Assembly (NCBI GenBank): GCA_963796965.1
Contig: CAWCNS010000007.1
Span: 32,001-96,000, forward strand
Length of the DNA stretch: 64,000 bases
Reading direction: 5' to 3'
Source of the DNA: Calditrichia bacterium
GTDB lineage: Bacteria; Calditrichota; Calditrichia; JAJRVZ01
Shown here one piece after another: positions 53,362-63,570 of this stretch (positions within the stretch are counted from its first letter, which is position 1; each line of letters begins with the position of its first letter). The position numbers and the translations under genes were made by a program. Below the pieces are notes generated by a model. It was not told where the DNA came from and did not search any database. It was given only the letters and a program-made list of their open reading frames with translations.

Positions 53362-55733
53362 ATGATTCAAAAGGTTGTTGTGTGATATTTAGTTTTGTAA
53401 TGTTTCTTTATTTATCCCCTGTGGCCTGTAACGCCAATGGAAAAGACGGGAATTTTTACAAGAAGTACGCACATTTTATTCAACAGAAGATGGATTGCCA
53501 TCCGACCAGGTAAACGCACTCGCTATTGATGACAGGGGAGAGTTTATGCAGGAACCGATGCAGGTCTGGCAATGTTTGATAGACAAAAATTGGAAATACT
53601 GTTGCATGTCCCGGATCAGCCTGTTCATTTCTTGGCTCGTCAGGGAACGCACTATTGCCATCTATACTTCTGATACTTCTGCAGATGTAGTGCATGGAGG
53701 AAAAATAATACTGATAGAGGATGGGAATAAAAAGAGTTCTGTCCAGATTGATAAGTCCATTCAATCAACAAATCCTCACAGGGACTTAGCATTTGCCGGC
53801 TAATGATCTGCTCATCACATCAGATGATGGTCTTATATTCCTTTAATTATAAGAAGGAACTAGAACCGCAAATTCTTGGATTGAAAGGAAGTGATATCCG
53901 CCAGGTGGCTGTTGATAGCGAAGGAAAATATGTACGTTGCGGCAAATACGGGTCTCTATACCTATGACACATCATCCGAAAATTTTAAACCTCTGTATCC
54001 ACGGGCTGGGTTCTATAGTTGGGCTCCCTATGATGTCAATGGTGTTGTTTATGATAACAAAGGAACGGCTTTGGTTTGCCAGTCAGCAGGGAGTTGGCTG
54101 TCTTGACGATGGCAAGTGGCAATTGTATACAGGAAAAGAAGGTTTGCCTTTTAACGATTTTACCAGGGCTGCGGCAGGAAAGGCCGGTGTTGTATGGTTC
54201 GGTACGACAATGGGTGCCATACGATATCGATGGTAGCCACTGGGCTTACAGACAGGGCAAACGTTGGCTACCGCAGGATAAAATTAAGGATATAGCATTA
54301 CAAATAATGGAAATGCCTGGATCGCCACTGAAGAAGGAATCAGTTTTATTGAATTTAAACCGATGAGTTTTAGTGAAAAAGCGAAATGGTATGAGGACGA
54401 GATAGACCGTTATCATCGCCGGACACCCTACGAATATGTTCTGGAGGTTAATTTACCCGCTGCCGGTGATAAAACGAATGTAAAAAAACATGATTCAGAT
54501 AACGATGGATTATGGACCAGCATGTATGGGGCTGGTGAATGTTTTGCCTATGCTGCTACAAAAGATCCCAAGGCAAAAGCGCGGGCAAAAAAGGCATTAG
54601 AGGCGATGATGTTCCTGGGAGAGGTTACTCAGGGTGGCAGTCATCCTGCGCCACCTGGGTTCATTGCCAGAACTATTTTGCCAACCAGTGGCCATAATCC
54701 TAATGATGGGCGGGTAGAAAGAGATAGAAAGGAAAGAGAGACTGGGGACAAATATTGGAAAGTAATAGACCCACGATGGCCGGTTAGTGCAGATGGTAAA
54801 TGGTATTGGAAAACGGACACCAGTTCCGATGAATTAGATGGCCATTACTTCTTATACCCTTTATACTATGATCTCGTTGCTGAAACGGAAGAAGAAAAAG
54901 AACGTATCAGAGAGCATGTAAAAGCATTGACAGATCATTTAGTCGACAATGGATTTAATCTGGTTGATCATGATGGAAAACCTACCCGCTGGGCACGATT
55001 TAGCCCCGAAGAGATGAACTTTGATCCGAACTGGTTTATCGAGCGGGGAATCAATTCATTGAGCATGCTATCTTATCTCACAGTTGCTGAACATATTACA
55101 GGAGATTCCTATTACGGTGAGATAAAAAATGAACTTATTGAGAAACATTCCTATATGCAAAATATGCTGAAACAGAAGTTTCAGCATGGCATCGGTACCG
55201 GCAATCAATCGGATGATGAGATGGCCTTTATGGCTTATTATAATCTGATCAAGTACGAGAAAGATCCCAGACGAAAAGCAATTTACTCTGTTTCTCTTTA
55301 TGATAGCTGGAAAATCTTATCACCTGAAATGAATCCACTCTTTAACTATATTATTGCTGCTGTAAGTATGGATATGGAATTTACAGATGTGTTTGGTACG
55401 ACTTCTACTTCACCGACCGGCGATTGGAAGGAAGATGCCCTTGAGACATTGCACCGATTTCCCTTAGACCGCGTAGATTGGCGGCATACCAACAGTCATC
55501 GCTTAGATATTGTAAAGATTCATCCTGCTAATCAGGGCTTTGATGAAAGAAGTTTTAAGAATAAGGGTTATCGTGTAAATGGCAAGGTCATACCGGTTGA
55601 TGAATGCTATTTTAATCACTGGAACCGAAATCCCTGGCAACTGGATACCGGTGGCAGGGGACATGGGCTTGGTGATGGTACGGTGTTTCTATTACCGTAC
55701 TATATGGGATTATATCATGGTTTTATTGAATAA
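53362..55733 (+). CDS. Secreted beta-propeller plus helical-barrel hydrolase-like protein (multiple frameshifts 53362-54363)
   Basis: RBS aaggag plus ATG; propeller motifs GLPSDQVNAL, YTGKEGLPFND, VWFGT; C-terminal DSDNDGLWTSMY, DTSSDELDGH, FLLPYYMG. Confidence 0.65.
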
Positions 55734-55742
55734 GAGTTATTG

Positions 55743-55952
55743 TCTCGCGCAGCGCCGCGACGACGCAGCGAAACTATATACATTTAATAATCTTCCAAAA
55801 ATATAATAAGGTCTGTTTTAATAAAAAGATACATACAAGGCATAAAGAAAGTAGGATTTTTTTTAAATTAAATAAAAGAATTCGTGAAATTAGAAATAAT
55901 TTATGTAATTAGTGGACGAAATCCGCTGCGGCGTTGCGTCGCAGCGTGAAAG
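55743..55952. repeat. Family-A inverted pair enclosing a family-B arm
   Basis: tctcgcgcagcgccgcgacgacgcagcg paired with cgctgcggcgttgcgtcgcagcgtgaaa. Confidence 0.85.
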
Positions 55953-55977
55953 AATACATTTAAATTGAGGAAACAGT

Positions 55978-57225
55978 ATGGCAAAAAAGAGATTAGGAGT
56001 AGGATTTATTGGGGGTGGTTTTATCGGACAATTTCATATCAGATCCTGGTTAGGTGTTCGGGATGCTGATATTCTTGGAATTGTTGACAAATCAGCCAAA
56101 AATGCTCAAGATTCTGCGGAATTAGCAAAAAAATTAAATGTTGGTGATGCAAAAGTATATTCTTCTGTCACAGATATGGTCTGCGACCCGGATATTGATG
56201 CCGTATGGATATGTGCACCCAACTTTACCAGGCTTGAGGTCATGGAGGAGATTGCCGATGCTGTTATTTCCGGTAAGGGTGAATTGATCGGTGTCGCCTG
56301 TGAAAAGCCTCTGGGAAGAAATGTAGCGGAAGCGCGTAAAATGTTGGAATTGGCCCAAAAGGCAAATTTACTTGATGGTTACCTGGAAGATCAGTTGTTT
56401 TCACCTGGTATGATTCGGGGTAGAAATATTGTATGGGCTCGAGGCGCTGCTTTAACGGGTCGGCCATATCTGGCACGTGCTGCTGAGGAGCATTCCGGCC
56501 CTCATATGCCCTGGTTTTGGGAGGGCAGTTTGCAAGGCGGGGGTGTTTTAAATGATATGATGTGCCATTCTGTTGAAGTGGGCCGATACCTGCTCACCGA
56601 GCCAGGCGCTGAACGCGATTCTATCCGGGCGACTAAAGTAACAGCACAAATGAATGTATTAAAATGGCAGCGACCCGAATATGTACAAATATTGAAAGAT
56701 ATGAGCGACGGTAAATTGGATTATGCAAACCGCCCATCTGAGGATTTTGCCCGTTCCCTTATTGAATACAAAGATAAAGCAGATAATACCTTGATAGTCG
56801 AGACTACTACTTCCTGGTCTTTCGTAGGCGCGGGATTACGATTAAGTACAGAACTGCTCGGACCAGAGTACTCCATGTCTATGAATTCTCTTGATGCTGG
56901 ATTAAAAGTGTTTTTCAGCCGTAAAGTGCAGGGGGATGTGGGAGAAGACCTGGTAGAAAAACAAAATGCTGAGATGGGGCTGATGCCGGTTGTCAGCCAT
57001 GAAGAAAGTGAGTATGGCTACGAGGGCGAAAACCGTTATATGGTACAGTGTTTCCTGGCTGGAAAACGTCCGGAAGAAAATTTTAGTGACGGGTTGAATG
57101 TTACCCAATTGCTCATGGCCGCTTATATGAGTGCTGAGCAGGAGAAAACAATTCCCTTTAAACCGGAATTGTTTGAAGATTATATTCCAGCTGTCGCCCG
57201 CGGCGAATGGAACCCGAAGAAATAA
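55978..57225 (+). CDS. Gfo/Idh/MocA oxidoreductase (cytoplasmic)
   Basis: GFIGGGFIG, CEKPL, GGGVLNDMMCH. Confidence 0.9.
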   Translation: MAKKRLGVGFIGGGFIGQFHIRSWLGVRDADILGIVDKSAKNAQDSAELAKKLNVGDAKVYSSVTDMVCDPDIDAVWICAPNFTRLEVMEEIADAVISGKGELIGVACEKPLGRNVAEARKMLELAQKANLLDGYLEDQLFSPGMIRGRNIVWARGAALTGRPYLARAAEEHSGPHMPWFWEGSLQGGGVLNDMMCHSVEVGRYLLTEPGAERDSIRATKVTAQMNVLKWQRPEYVQILKDMSDGKLDYANRPSEDFARSLIEYKDKADNTLIVETTTSWSFVGAGLRLSTELLGPEYSMSMNSLDAGLKVFFSRKVQGDVGEDLVEKQNAEMGLMPVVSHEESEYGYEGENRYMVQCFLAGKRPEENFSDGLNVTQLLMAAYMSAEQEKTIPFKPELFEDYIPAVARGEWNPKK

Positions 57226-57232
57226 TTAGTTA

Positions 57233-57449
57233 TCTCTCGCAGCGACGCAGAGTCGCAGCGTTATTTATTTTTTGTCATGCCGAATCCTGACCTGTCGTCA
57301 GGACAGGTTTATTTCGGCATCTTTATCTTTCTATAAAAACAGAAGATCCTGAAACAAGTTCAGGATGACAATTTGGGAAATTATTAAAATAACAAAATTT
57401 AAAACAATATAAGTGTAAATTCGTTGCGGCGCGGCGTCGCTGCGTGAAA
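57233..57449. repeat. Nested A[C-C']A' element with hairpin insert
   Basis: A 57233-57260; tgtcatgccgaa[insert]...ttcggcatct; agatcctgaaacaagttcaggatgaca 57344-57370; A' 57422-57449. Confidence 0.88.
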
Positions 57450-57476
57450 TAGAAAATTACCCTACTTAAAAATGGA

Positions 57477-58922
57477 GTGAAAATGATGACGAACAAAATT
57501 CTTATTATTTTTTTATTTATTATGGCATTTTCGATCTTAATCGCTAATGCATCAAAACCTGATGGTAATACAAATGAACAACAGGAACAAGTAGTTAATT
57601 ATAATGAAGTTAGAATCAAAAATATTCCCATCGCAATGCAATGCTGGACATTTCGGAAATTTACCTTTTTAGAAACATTGCAGCGGGTTAATAAAATGGG
57701 GATAAAATATTTGCAGGCATACCCTGGACAACAGTTAAGTGCGGAACTCAGTGATGAAAAGTTTGATCATAATATGACAGATGATCAAATCAAAATGGTC
57801 AAGGAATGGTTAAAAAAATATGACCTCGAAGTAGTCAGTTATGGAGTAGTGGGATTTGATAACACCGAAGAGAGTATGGGTAAAGTTTTTCAGTTTGCCA
57901 GAAAAATAGGTATACGTACTATCGTTATCGAGCCCAAATTTGATGATTTCTCTCTCATTGAACAGATGGTAATAAGATTTAATAAGCAGGTAGCCATACA
58001 TAATCATCCCACACCATCTAAATATGCACGGCCTCAGACTGTGTTTGGTTATATTCAAGGTCTGGATGAACGCATTGGTGTATGCGCTGATATCGGTCAT
58101 TGGACACGTACCGGCGTAAATCCAGTAGATGGATTAAAACTCTTAAAGGGCCGTATTAAAGATGTTCATATCAAAGATCTTGATCAATTTGGCGTTAAAG
58201 AGGCGCAAGATGTGGCGTATGGATATGGAAAATCCAATATCCATGATGTTTTGGCTGAACTGACTTTGCAGAATTATCGCGGATTTTTGGCAACAGAGTA
58301 TGAAAATAGCGAAAAAGTGATGACACCGGAGCCGGATATTCTCAAAGGCATTGAATATATTAAAAGCATAACCTATTATTCGGGATATACAGAATTATCT
58401 CAATCAAAACATGGCTGGAATCATTATGGCCCAGGTCACTTCTCCCTGGATGAAAAATCAGGCGTTCTTACATCCAGCGGAGGTATGGGGCTTTTCTGGT
58501 TCAGCGCAAAAAAATATAAAGATTTTGTTTTGGAATTAGATTATAAATGTTCAAAACCAACCACCAATTCAGGTGTGTTTTACAGAATCCCAGATTTTCT
58601 AACCAGCAACGACTATATCCACAAATCATTTGAAATCCAGATTGCTGATAATGTAAAAGGCAAACATGGAACTGGTGGCGTCTATGATGCAGAGGCACCA
58701 AAAGTTTTTGCCGGAAAACCAGCAGGTGAATGGAATCATTATAAAATAACCTGTGTCGGCGGTAATATAAAAGTTGAACTAAATGGTCAACTGGTTACAG
58801 ACTGGAATATGGAGCCCAGGGGTAAAATAAGGGAATGGTCTAAAGAAGGATATTTTGGACTCCAGAATCATGATAGCCATTCTCCTGTGTACTTTAAAAA
58901 TGTTCATATAAAGGAACTATAG
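57477..58922 (+). CDS. Secreted fusion: sugar-phosphate-isomerase-like TIM barrel plus DUF1080 (3-ketoglycoside-processing) domain
   Basis: AIHNHP, CADIGHW, VHIKD, TEYE; KDFVLELDYK, NSGVFYR, EIQI, GEWNHY, GLQNH. Confidence 0.85.
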   Translation: MKMMTNKILIIFLFIMAFSILIANASKPDGNTNEQQEQVVNYNEVRIKNIPIAMQCWTFRKFTFLETLQRVNKMGIKYLQAYPGQQLSAELSDEKFDHNMTDDQIKMVKEWLKKYDLEVVSYGVVGFDNTEESMGKVFQFARKIGIRTIVIEPKFDDFSLIEQMVIRFNKQVAIHNHPTPSKYARPQTVFGYIQGLDERIGVCADIGHWTRTGVNPVDGLKLLKGRIKDVHIKDLDQFGVKEAQDVAYGYGKSNIHDVLAELTLQNYRGFLATEYENSEKVMTPEPDILKGIEYIKSITYYSGYTELSQSKHGWNHYGPGHFSLDEKSGVLTSSGGMGLFWFSAKKYKDFVLELDYKCSKPTTNSGVFYRIPDFLTSNDYIHKSFEIQIADNVKGKHGTGGVYDAEAPKVFAGKPAGEWNHYKITCVGGNIKVELNGQLVTDWNMEPRGKIREWSKEGYFGLQNHDSHSPVYFKNVHIKEL

Positions 58923-58932
58923 TTTTTGAAAA

Positions 58933-59088
58933 TCTCTCGCAGAGGCGCAAAGCCGCAGAGATATTTCACAAAAAGTACAGAATAACTTATAAATTAAATT
59001 AGCATTCTACAAAGATAAAGGATTTATATTTCGTGTTTTTTATTATTAATTCGTGTTTAGTCTTAGCGTCTTAGCGGCTCTGCGAGAG
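58933..59088. repeat. Family-A inverted pair
   Basis: tctctcgcagaggcgcaaagccgcagag paired with tcttagcgtcttagcggctctgcgagag. Confidence 0.85.
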
Positions 59089-59117
59089 GATATGAATAAT
59101 ATATAAGGATATCTCAT

Positions 59118-60026
59118 ATGATTAATCAAATGCGAAACAGCGTCGGATGGACTATTGCTTTATTGGTACTTCTCATATTAATATCCTGTGATTATGATCC
59201 CGTATTTTCACAAGATGCCTCAATGCGGGTAATGACTTTTAATATCCGTTATGATAATCCCAAGGACGGGATAAATGCCTGGCCAAACCGCAAGGATAAT
59301 GTTGCTGACTTAATAAAATTTTATGAGATAGATCTGCTTGGTGTTCAAGAAGCAGTACATGGACAGATGATTGATCTTCAGGAGCGTTTACCCAAGTATC
59401 AATGGGTCGGTGTGGCAAGGGATGATGGTGCAAAGAAAGGTGAATATTCAGCCATATTCTTTCTAAAAGAAAGGTTCAATTTAGAAGATCATGGAACCTT
59501 TTGGTTATCCGAAACACCAGAGGAGAAGGGAAGCATGGGTTGGGATGCCGCTTGTGCTCGTATCGTTACCTGGGCTCGTCTTACAGATAAGCAATCCAAT
59601 AAGACTTTTTTTATGCTTAATACTCATTTTGATCATCGGGGAGTAATTGCCAGAGAAGAAAGTGCTAAATTGTTGCGCTCAAATACTTCAACTATCGCTG
59701 GAGATTTACCAGCGGTAGTGACCGGCGATTTTAATAGTACTGACACATCAGCCATCTATAAAACGCTTACACACAAAGGGAACGACTCAAATCTAAAGTT
59801 TTACTTGAGGGATGCTTTTGATATAAGTGAAGTGCCACCCTATGGACCTGAGGCTACATTTAATGGGTTTGGGAGAATAACGAATGGTCACCGGATCGAT
59901 TATATATTTGTGACTGAGAATCTTCGGGTACTTAAACACGCTATAATAACAGACACCTGGAGTGGATTGTATCCTTCAGATCATATGCCGGTCCTGGCGG
60001 AAATAATAATACAAAATACAAAATAA
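59118..60026 (+). CDS. Endonuclease/exonuclease/phosphatase family protein, secreted
   Basis: MTFNIRY, GVQEA, NTHFDH, GDFN, RIDYIF, SDHMPV. Confidence 0.9.
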   Translation: MINQMRNSVGWTIALLVLLILISCDYDPVFSQDASMRVMTFNIRYDNPKDGINAWPNRKDNVADLIKFYEIDLLGVQEAVHGQMIDLQERLPKYQWVGVARDDGAKKGEYSAIFFLKERFNLEDHGTFWLSETPEEKGSMGWDAACARIVTWARLTDKQSNKTFFMLNTHFDHRGVIAREESAKLLRSNTSTIAGDLPAVVTGDFNSTDTSAIYKTLTHKGNDSNLKFYLRDAFDISEVPPYGPEATFNGFGRITNGHRIDYIFVTENLRVLKHAIITDTWSGLYPSDHMPVLAEIIIQNTK

Positions 60027-60122
60027 AAAATACAAAATTGGTCCACGGATTACGCCCGTAAAACGGACCAGGCCGAATTAACACGAATTTCATTTAACTT
60101 TACGTCTCTGTGTGAAAAGAAC

Positions 60123-60350
60123 TAAACACAAAGCCCACAAAGAAGGCACAAAGTACACAAAGAAAAAATAATTCTATTTTTTCAACTGTGGTTAATATAG
60201 ATCGTTGGTATTGACTATAAATTGACAATCAGCGAAATCAAAATCCTAATATTATTTTTAGTCTTCTTTGCGGCTCTGCGTCTTTGCGTGAGAAAAACAA
60301 AAAAAACAGAGCAAAAAAATCTTTTTATTAATACTTTGTGGTAGTCTTTT
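60123..60350. repeat. ~220-bp direct repeat, copy 1
   Basis: Highly similar to 63145-63460, including the non-repeat core ttcaactgtggttaatatagatc..gactataaattgacaatcagcg. Confidence 0.9.
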
Positions 60351-60394
60351 TTATTTTAACACCGTAAAAACTATGATTATGACAGGAGAATAAA

Positions 60395-61818
60395 ATGAAA
60401 GACAGTAAAGATAACCTGATGAACCGGCGGGAATTTGTTGGTACGGTTGGCGCTGCATCCGCGGCGATGGCATTCTCACCCCTATCTGTGTTAGGTCAGC
60501 AGAATAAGGGAAAAAAGATGCGATTAGCTATAGTAGGGACGGGTGTCCGCGGCAATAGTATGTGGGGACGTTCTGTTGTCCAGCAATATGGAGATATTAC
60601 CGAGTTTGTAGGTTTATGTGATATCAATGAGGGAAGACTTAATCTGGCCAAAAATTATTTACAAGTTGACTGTCCTTTATTCACCAATTTTGAAGAAATG
60701 ATGAAGACCGTCAAGCCCGATTGGTTGATTGTAACCACTGTCGATGCAACACATGATGAGTTTATCGTAAAAGGCATGGAAATGGGTGCCAATATCATTA
60801 CAGAAAAACCCATGACTACCGATGAGATGAAGTGTCAGAGAATTCTGGATACGGAGCGCAAAACAGGTAAAAAAGTTATTGTTACCTTTAATTACCGATA
60901 CAGTCCCTATATGACAAAGATAAAAGAATTACTTGCAAGTGACAGAATCGGGAAAATAGTTTCAGTGGATTTTCATTGGTATTTGAACGTTTACCATGGT
61001 GCTTCCTATTTCAGACGCTGGCATGGATTAAGGGAAAAGGGAGGCACACTGCTTGTTCACAAGGCGACCCATCATTTTGATCTGCTAAACTGGTGGCTGG
61101 ATTCGGATCCGGCACTTGTTTACGCATGGGGAGATCTTGGAGTTTTATGGAAAAAATAATGATTTCCGGTCTGAAAAATGCCGGGGATGTGAGCATAAGA
61201 AGACAATGCCAGTTCTTCTGGGACATCACCAAAGATGAAAGAATGATGAAACTCTACGCAGAAAATGAAAAATTTGATGGTTATATACGTGATGCCTGCT
61301 TGTGGCGGAAAGAAATAGACATTTATGACAAGATGGCCGCCCAAATCAAATATGCGAATAATGCCTTTGTGAGTTATTCATTAACGACCTACTCTCCCTA
61401 TGAGGGTTGGCGGATTGCTTTTAATGGAACGAAGGGGCGAATTGATGCCTGGGAGGATATACCGTGGATAGATGATGCCCAGGATCAGGCCGCATTACAT
61501 GCCAAAGAAATGGAGCAGAATTCGAAAGAAAAGCAGGAAGCCTATCGCGAGATAATGGTAATGGATAATTTTAAAAATTATGAAAGCATTAAAGTACCCA
61601 AAAGTTCCGGTGGCCACGGTGGAGGCGATACACGATTAAAGGATAAAATATTTAAAGATCCGAATATGGCTGATCCATATAAGCATGCTGCTGGAACACG
61701 GGATGGTGCTATGTCGATATTGGTGGGAATTGCTGCCAGAAACAGTATTGAACAAAAGAAACAAATTCGGGTTGAGGATCTGACTGATTTAAAGCCGATG
61801 GCTAAACGGCCGGTTTGA
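60395..61818 (+). CDS. Tat-exported Gfo/Idh/MocA oxidoreductase (frameshifted ~61140-61200)
   Basis: NRREFV twin-Arg; GTGVRG, EKPM, FNYRY, HGASYFRRWH, HKATHHFD, GHGGGD. Confidence 0.88.
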
Positions 61819-61843
61819 TTTGCCTAAGAATTTAATTCAATAA

Positions 61844-62030
61844 TTCTCGCAAAGACGCGGAGACGCGAAGAAATTTATCCACGAATTACTCCCGTAGAAC
61901 GGGACAAGTCAAATTAATCCGAATTTCATGGATGCTCAAGATGAAAACAGGAAAACCGTAATAAAAAGTAATAAATGTATACTATAATTTATTTTTTTCT
62001 TTTCTCTGCGTCTTAGCGACTTTGCGAGAG
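61844..62030. repeat. Family-A pair enclosing a family-B arm with hairpin insert
   Basis: ttctcgcaaagacgcggagacgcg paired with ctctgcgtcttagcgactttgcgagag; ccacgaattac[tcccgtagaacgggacaag]. Confidence 0.85.
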
Positions 62031-62108
62031 AGTTTTCTGTTTTGATAAGTGTTTAGATAAGGCAGTACATATAAAAAGATTATAAGTTTACCTTTAGGTA
62101 TCAATATA

Positions 62109-62993
62109 ATGAAAAATAAATATTTTCTTTTACTCCTCGTCATTGCAATAATCATTTCCGGTTGTGTCGGTGAGGAAAATATCTCTGTCTATCATTATTA
62201 TGATTATGACCAGGAATTTCCTCTTCAGGATTCTGTCCGATTAGAATCTGAGACAGAACAATACCGTATGTTTTATGTGACCTATAAAAGTTTTCATGAT
62301 GCAACAGTTACAGGTCTATTAACCCTGCCTAAAAATGTAGAGCCCCCATTTCCTATAATTTTATTTCTGCATGGAATTAAGGACCATAAGTCTTATGATT
62401 ATATGGAGTTAGGACATCAGTTCTTAGTTGACAGTGGATATGCCATACTACGTATTGATGGGGCCAATCATGGGGATCGTAAAATTCATGATTTTAAATA
62501 TAATTTTGTCGAAGGGTATAAATTCTGGACACGTGATTTAATCGCTCAAACGGTTTTTGATCTGCGTCGGGGGATTGACTTTCTCGAAAAGAGAAAAGAA
62601 ATTGATAAAGAACGCATCGGTTTTCTTGGAATCAGTTTGGGTGGTGTTATCGGAACCATATTCTGTGGCGTGGATACGCGGATTAAAGTGCCTGTCATTG
62701 CTTTGGCTGGAGGCGGCCTACAATTTATATTTAAGTATGATGCCTTTACATCAGAAGCAAAAAATTATGTTAGTATCATTGATCCAATTAATTTTGTTGG
62801 TGGCATTTCTCCCCGCCCGTTATTAATGATCAATGCCGAAAATGATGAGGTTGTCCCGCCGATGACATCTAAATTACTCTTTGAAAAGGCTGATGAGCCA
62901 AAAAAAATAATTTGGTATCCCACCAAACATCGGGAAATTCCGCAGAACGAAGTCTATCCTCAGGCTATAAGGTGGTTTAAGGAGCATCTGTAA
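62109..62993 (+). CDS. Alpha/beta hydrolase (acetylxylan esterase/DLH-like), lipoprotein
   Basis: FLHG, GISLGG nucleophile elbow, DEVVP, C-terminal His; lipobox ISGC. Confidence 0.85.
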   Translation: MKNKYFLLLLVIAIIISGCVGEENISVYHYYDYDQEFPLQDSVRLESETEQYRMFYVTYKSFHDATVTGLLTLPKNVEPPFPIILFLHGIKDHKSYDYMELGHQFLVDSGYAILRIDGANHGDRKIHDFKYNFVEGYKFWTRDLIAQTVFDLRRGIDFLEKRKEIDKERIGFLGISLGGVIGTIFCGVDTRIKVPVIALAGGGLQFIFKYDAFTSEAKNYVSIIDPINFVGGISPRPLLMINAENDEVVPPMTSKLLFEKADEPKKIIWYPTKHREIPQNEVYPQAIRWFKEHL

Positions 62994-63144
62994 AAAATTG
63001 GTTCATGAAGTTCCACGAGGGAATCACGAAGCGTTATTGAATTCTCTTATAAAGATAATCTTCTTCCGGAAATTATCATGATTTTTATTTATATATAGTT
63101 TTTGTCTGTTTTCTAATGATCTACTTAATTGTTAATCTGACTTT

Positions 63145-63460
63145 TAAACACAAAGTACACCAAGAATACACAAAGTACACAAAGAAAAAATATTTCTATT
63201 TTTTCAACTGTGGTTAATATAGATCATTGGTATCGACTATAAATTGACAATCAGCGAGATCAAAATCCAAATATTATTTTTTGCATTCTTTGCGTCTCTG
63301 CGTCTTTGCGTGAGAAAAACAAAAAACATGGCACAAAAAAACTTTTTATAAATACTTTGTGATCTTAATGCCTTTGAAATCTTGGAGGATTTCATCCCGA
63401 GATATCTACATGATGTAGATATTTATATGGGGACTTGGTGAACTTTGTGATAGTCTTTTT
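63145..63460. repeat. Direct repeat copy 2, with complete family-D right arm and 62-bp insert
   Basis: Matches 60123-60350; insert 63373-63434 is a reverse-complement homolog of 51934-51995. Confidence 0.9.
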
Positions 63461-63570
63461 AAATTTGCCCCTATAAAACGGGGCTGACTCGGAAGGCATA
63501 ATTATGATTTATTTAGAAACTTGGATATTAACGAATAAATGGTAGACAATATTGTCGGAGATAAATAAAA

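Noticed and set aside
4390..61818. Frameshifts in mutL, sus, ROK, GH172, GH38, TonB receptor, CTD protein, PorV, propeller protein and Gfo/Idh/MocA read as pseudogenes, a mutator state or programmed frameshifting
   Set aside because: Those I traced are isolated small indels in otherwise conserved genes, without a shared slippery motif. This fits long-read consensus error; raw reads are needed to confirm.
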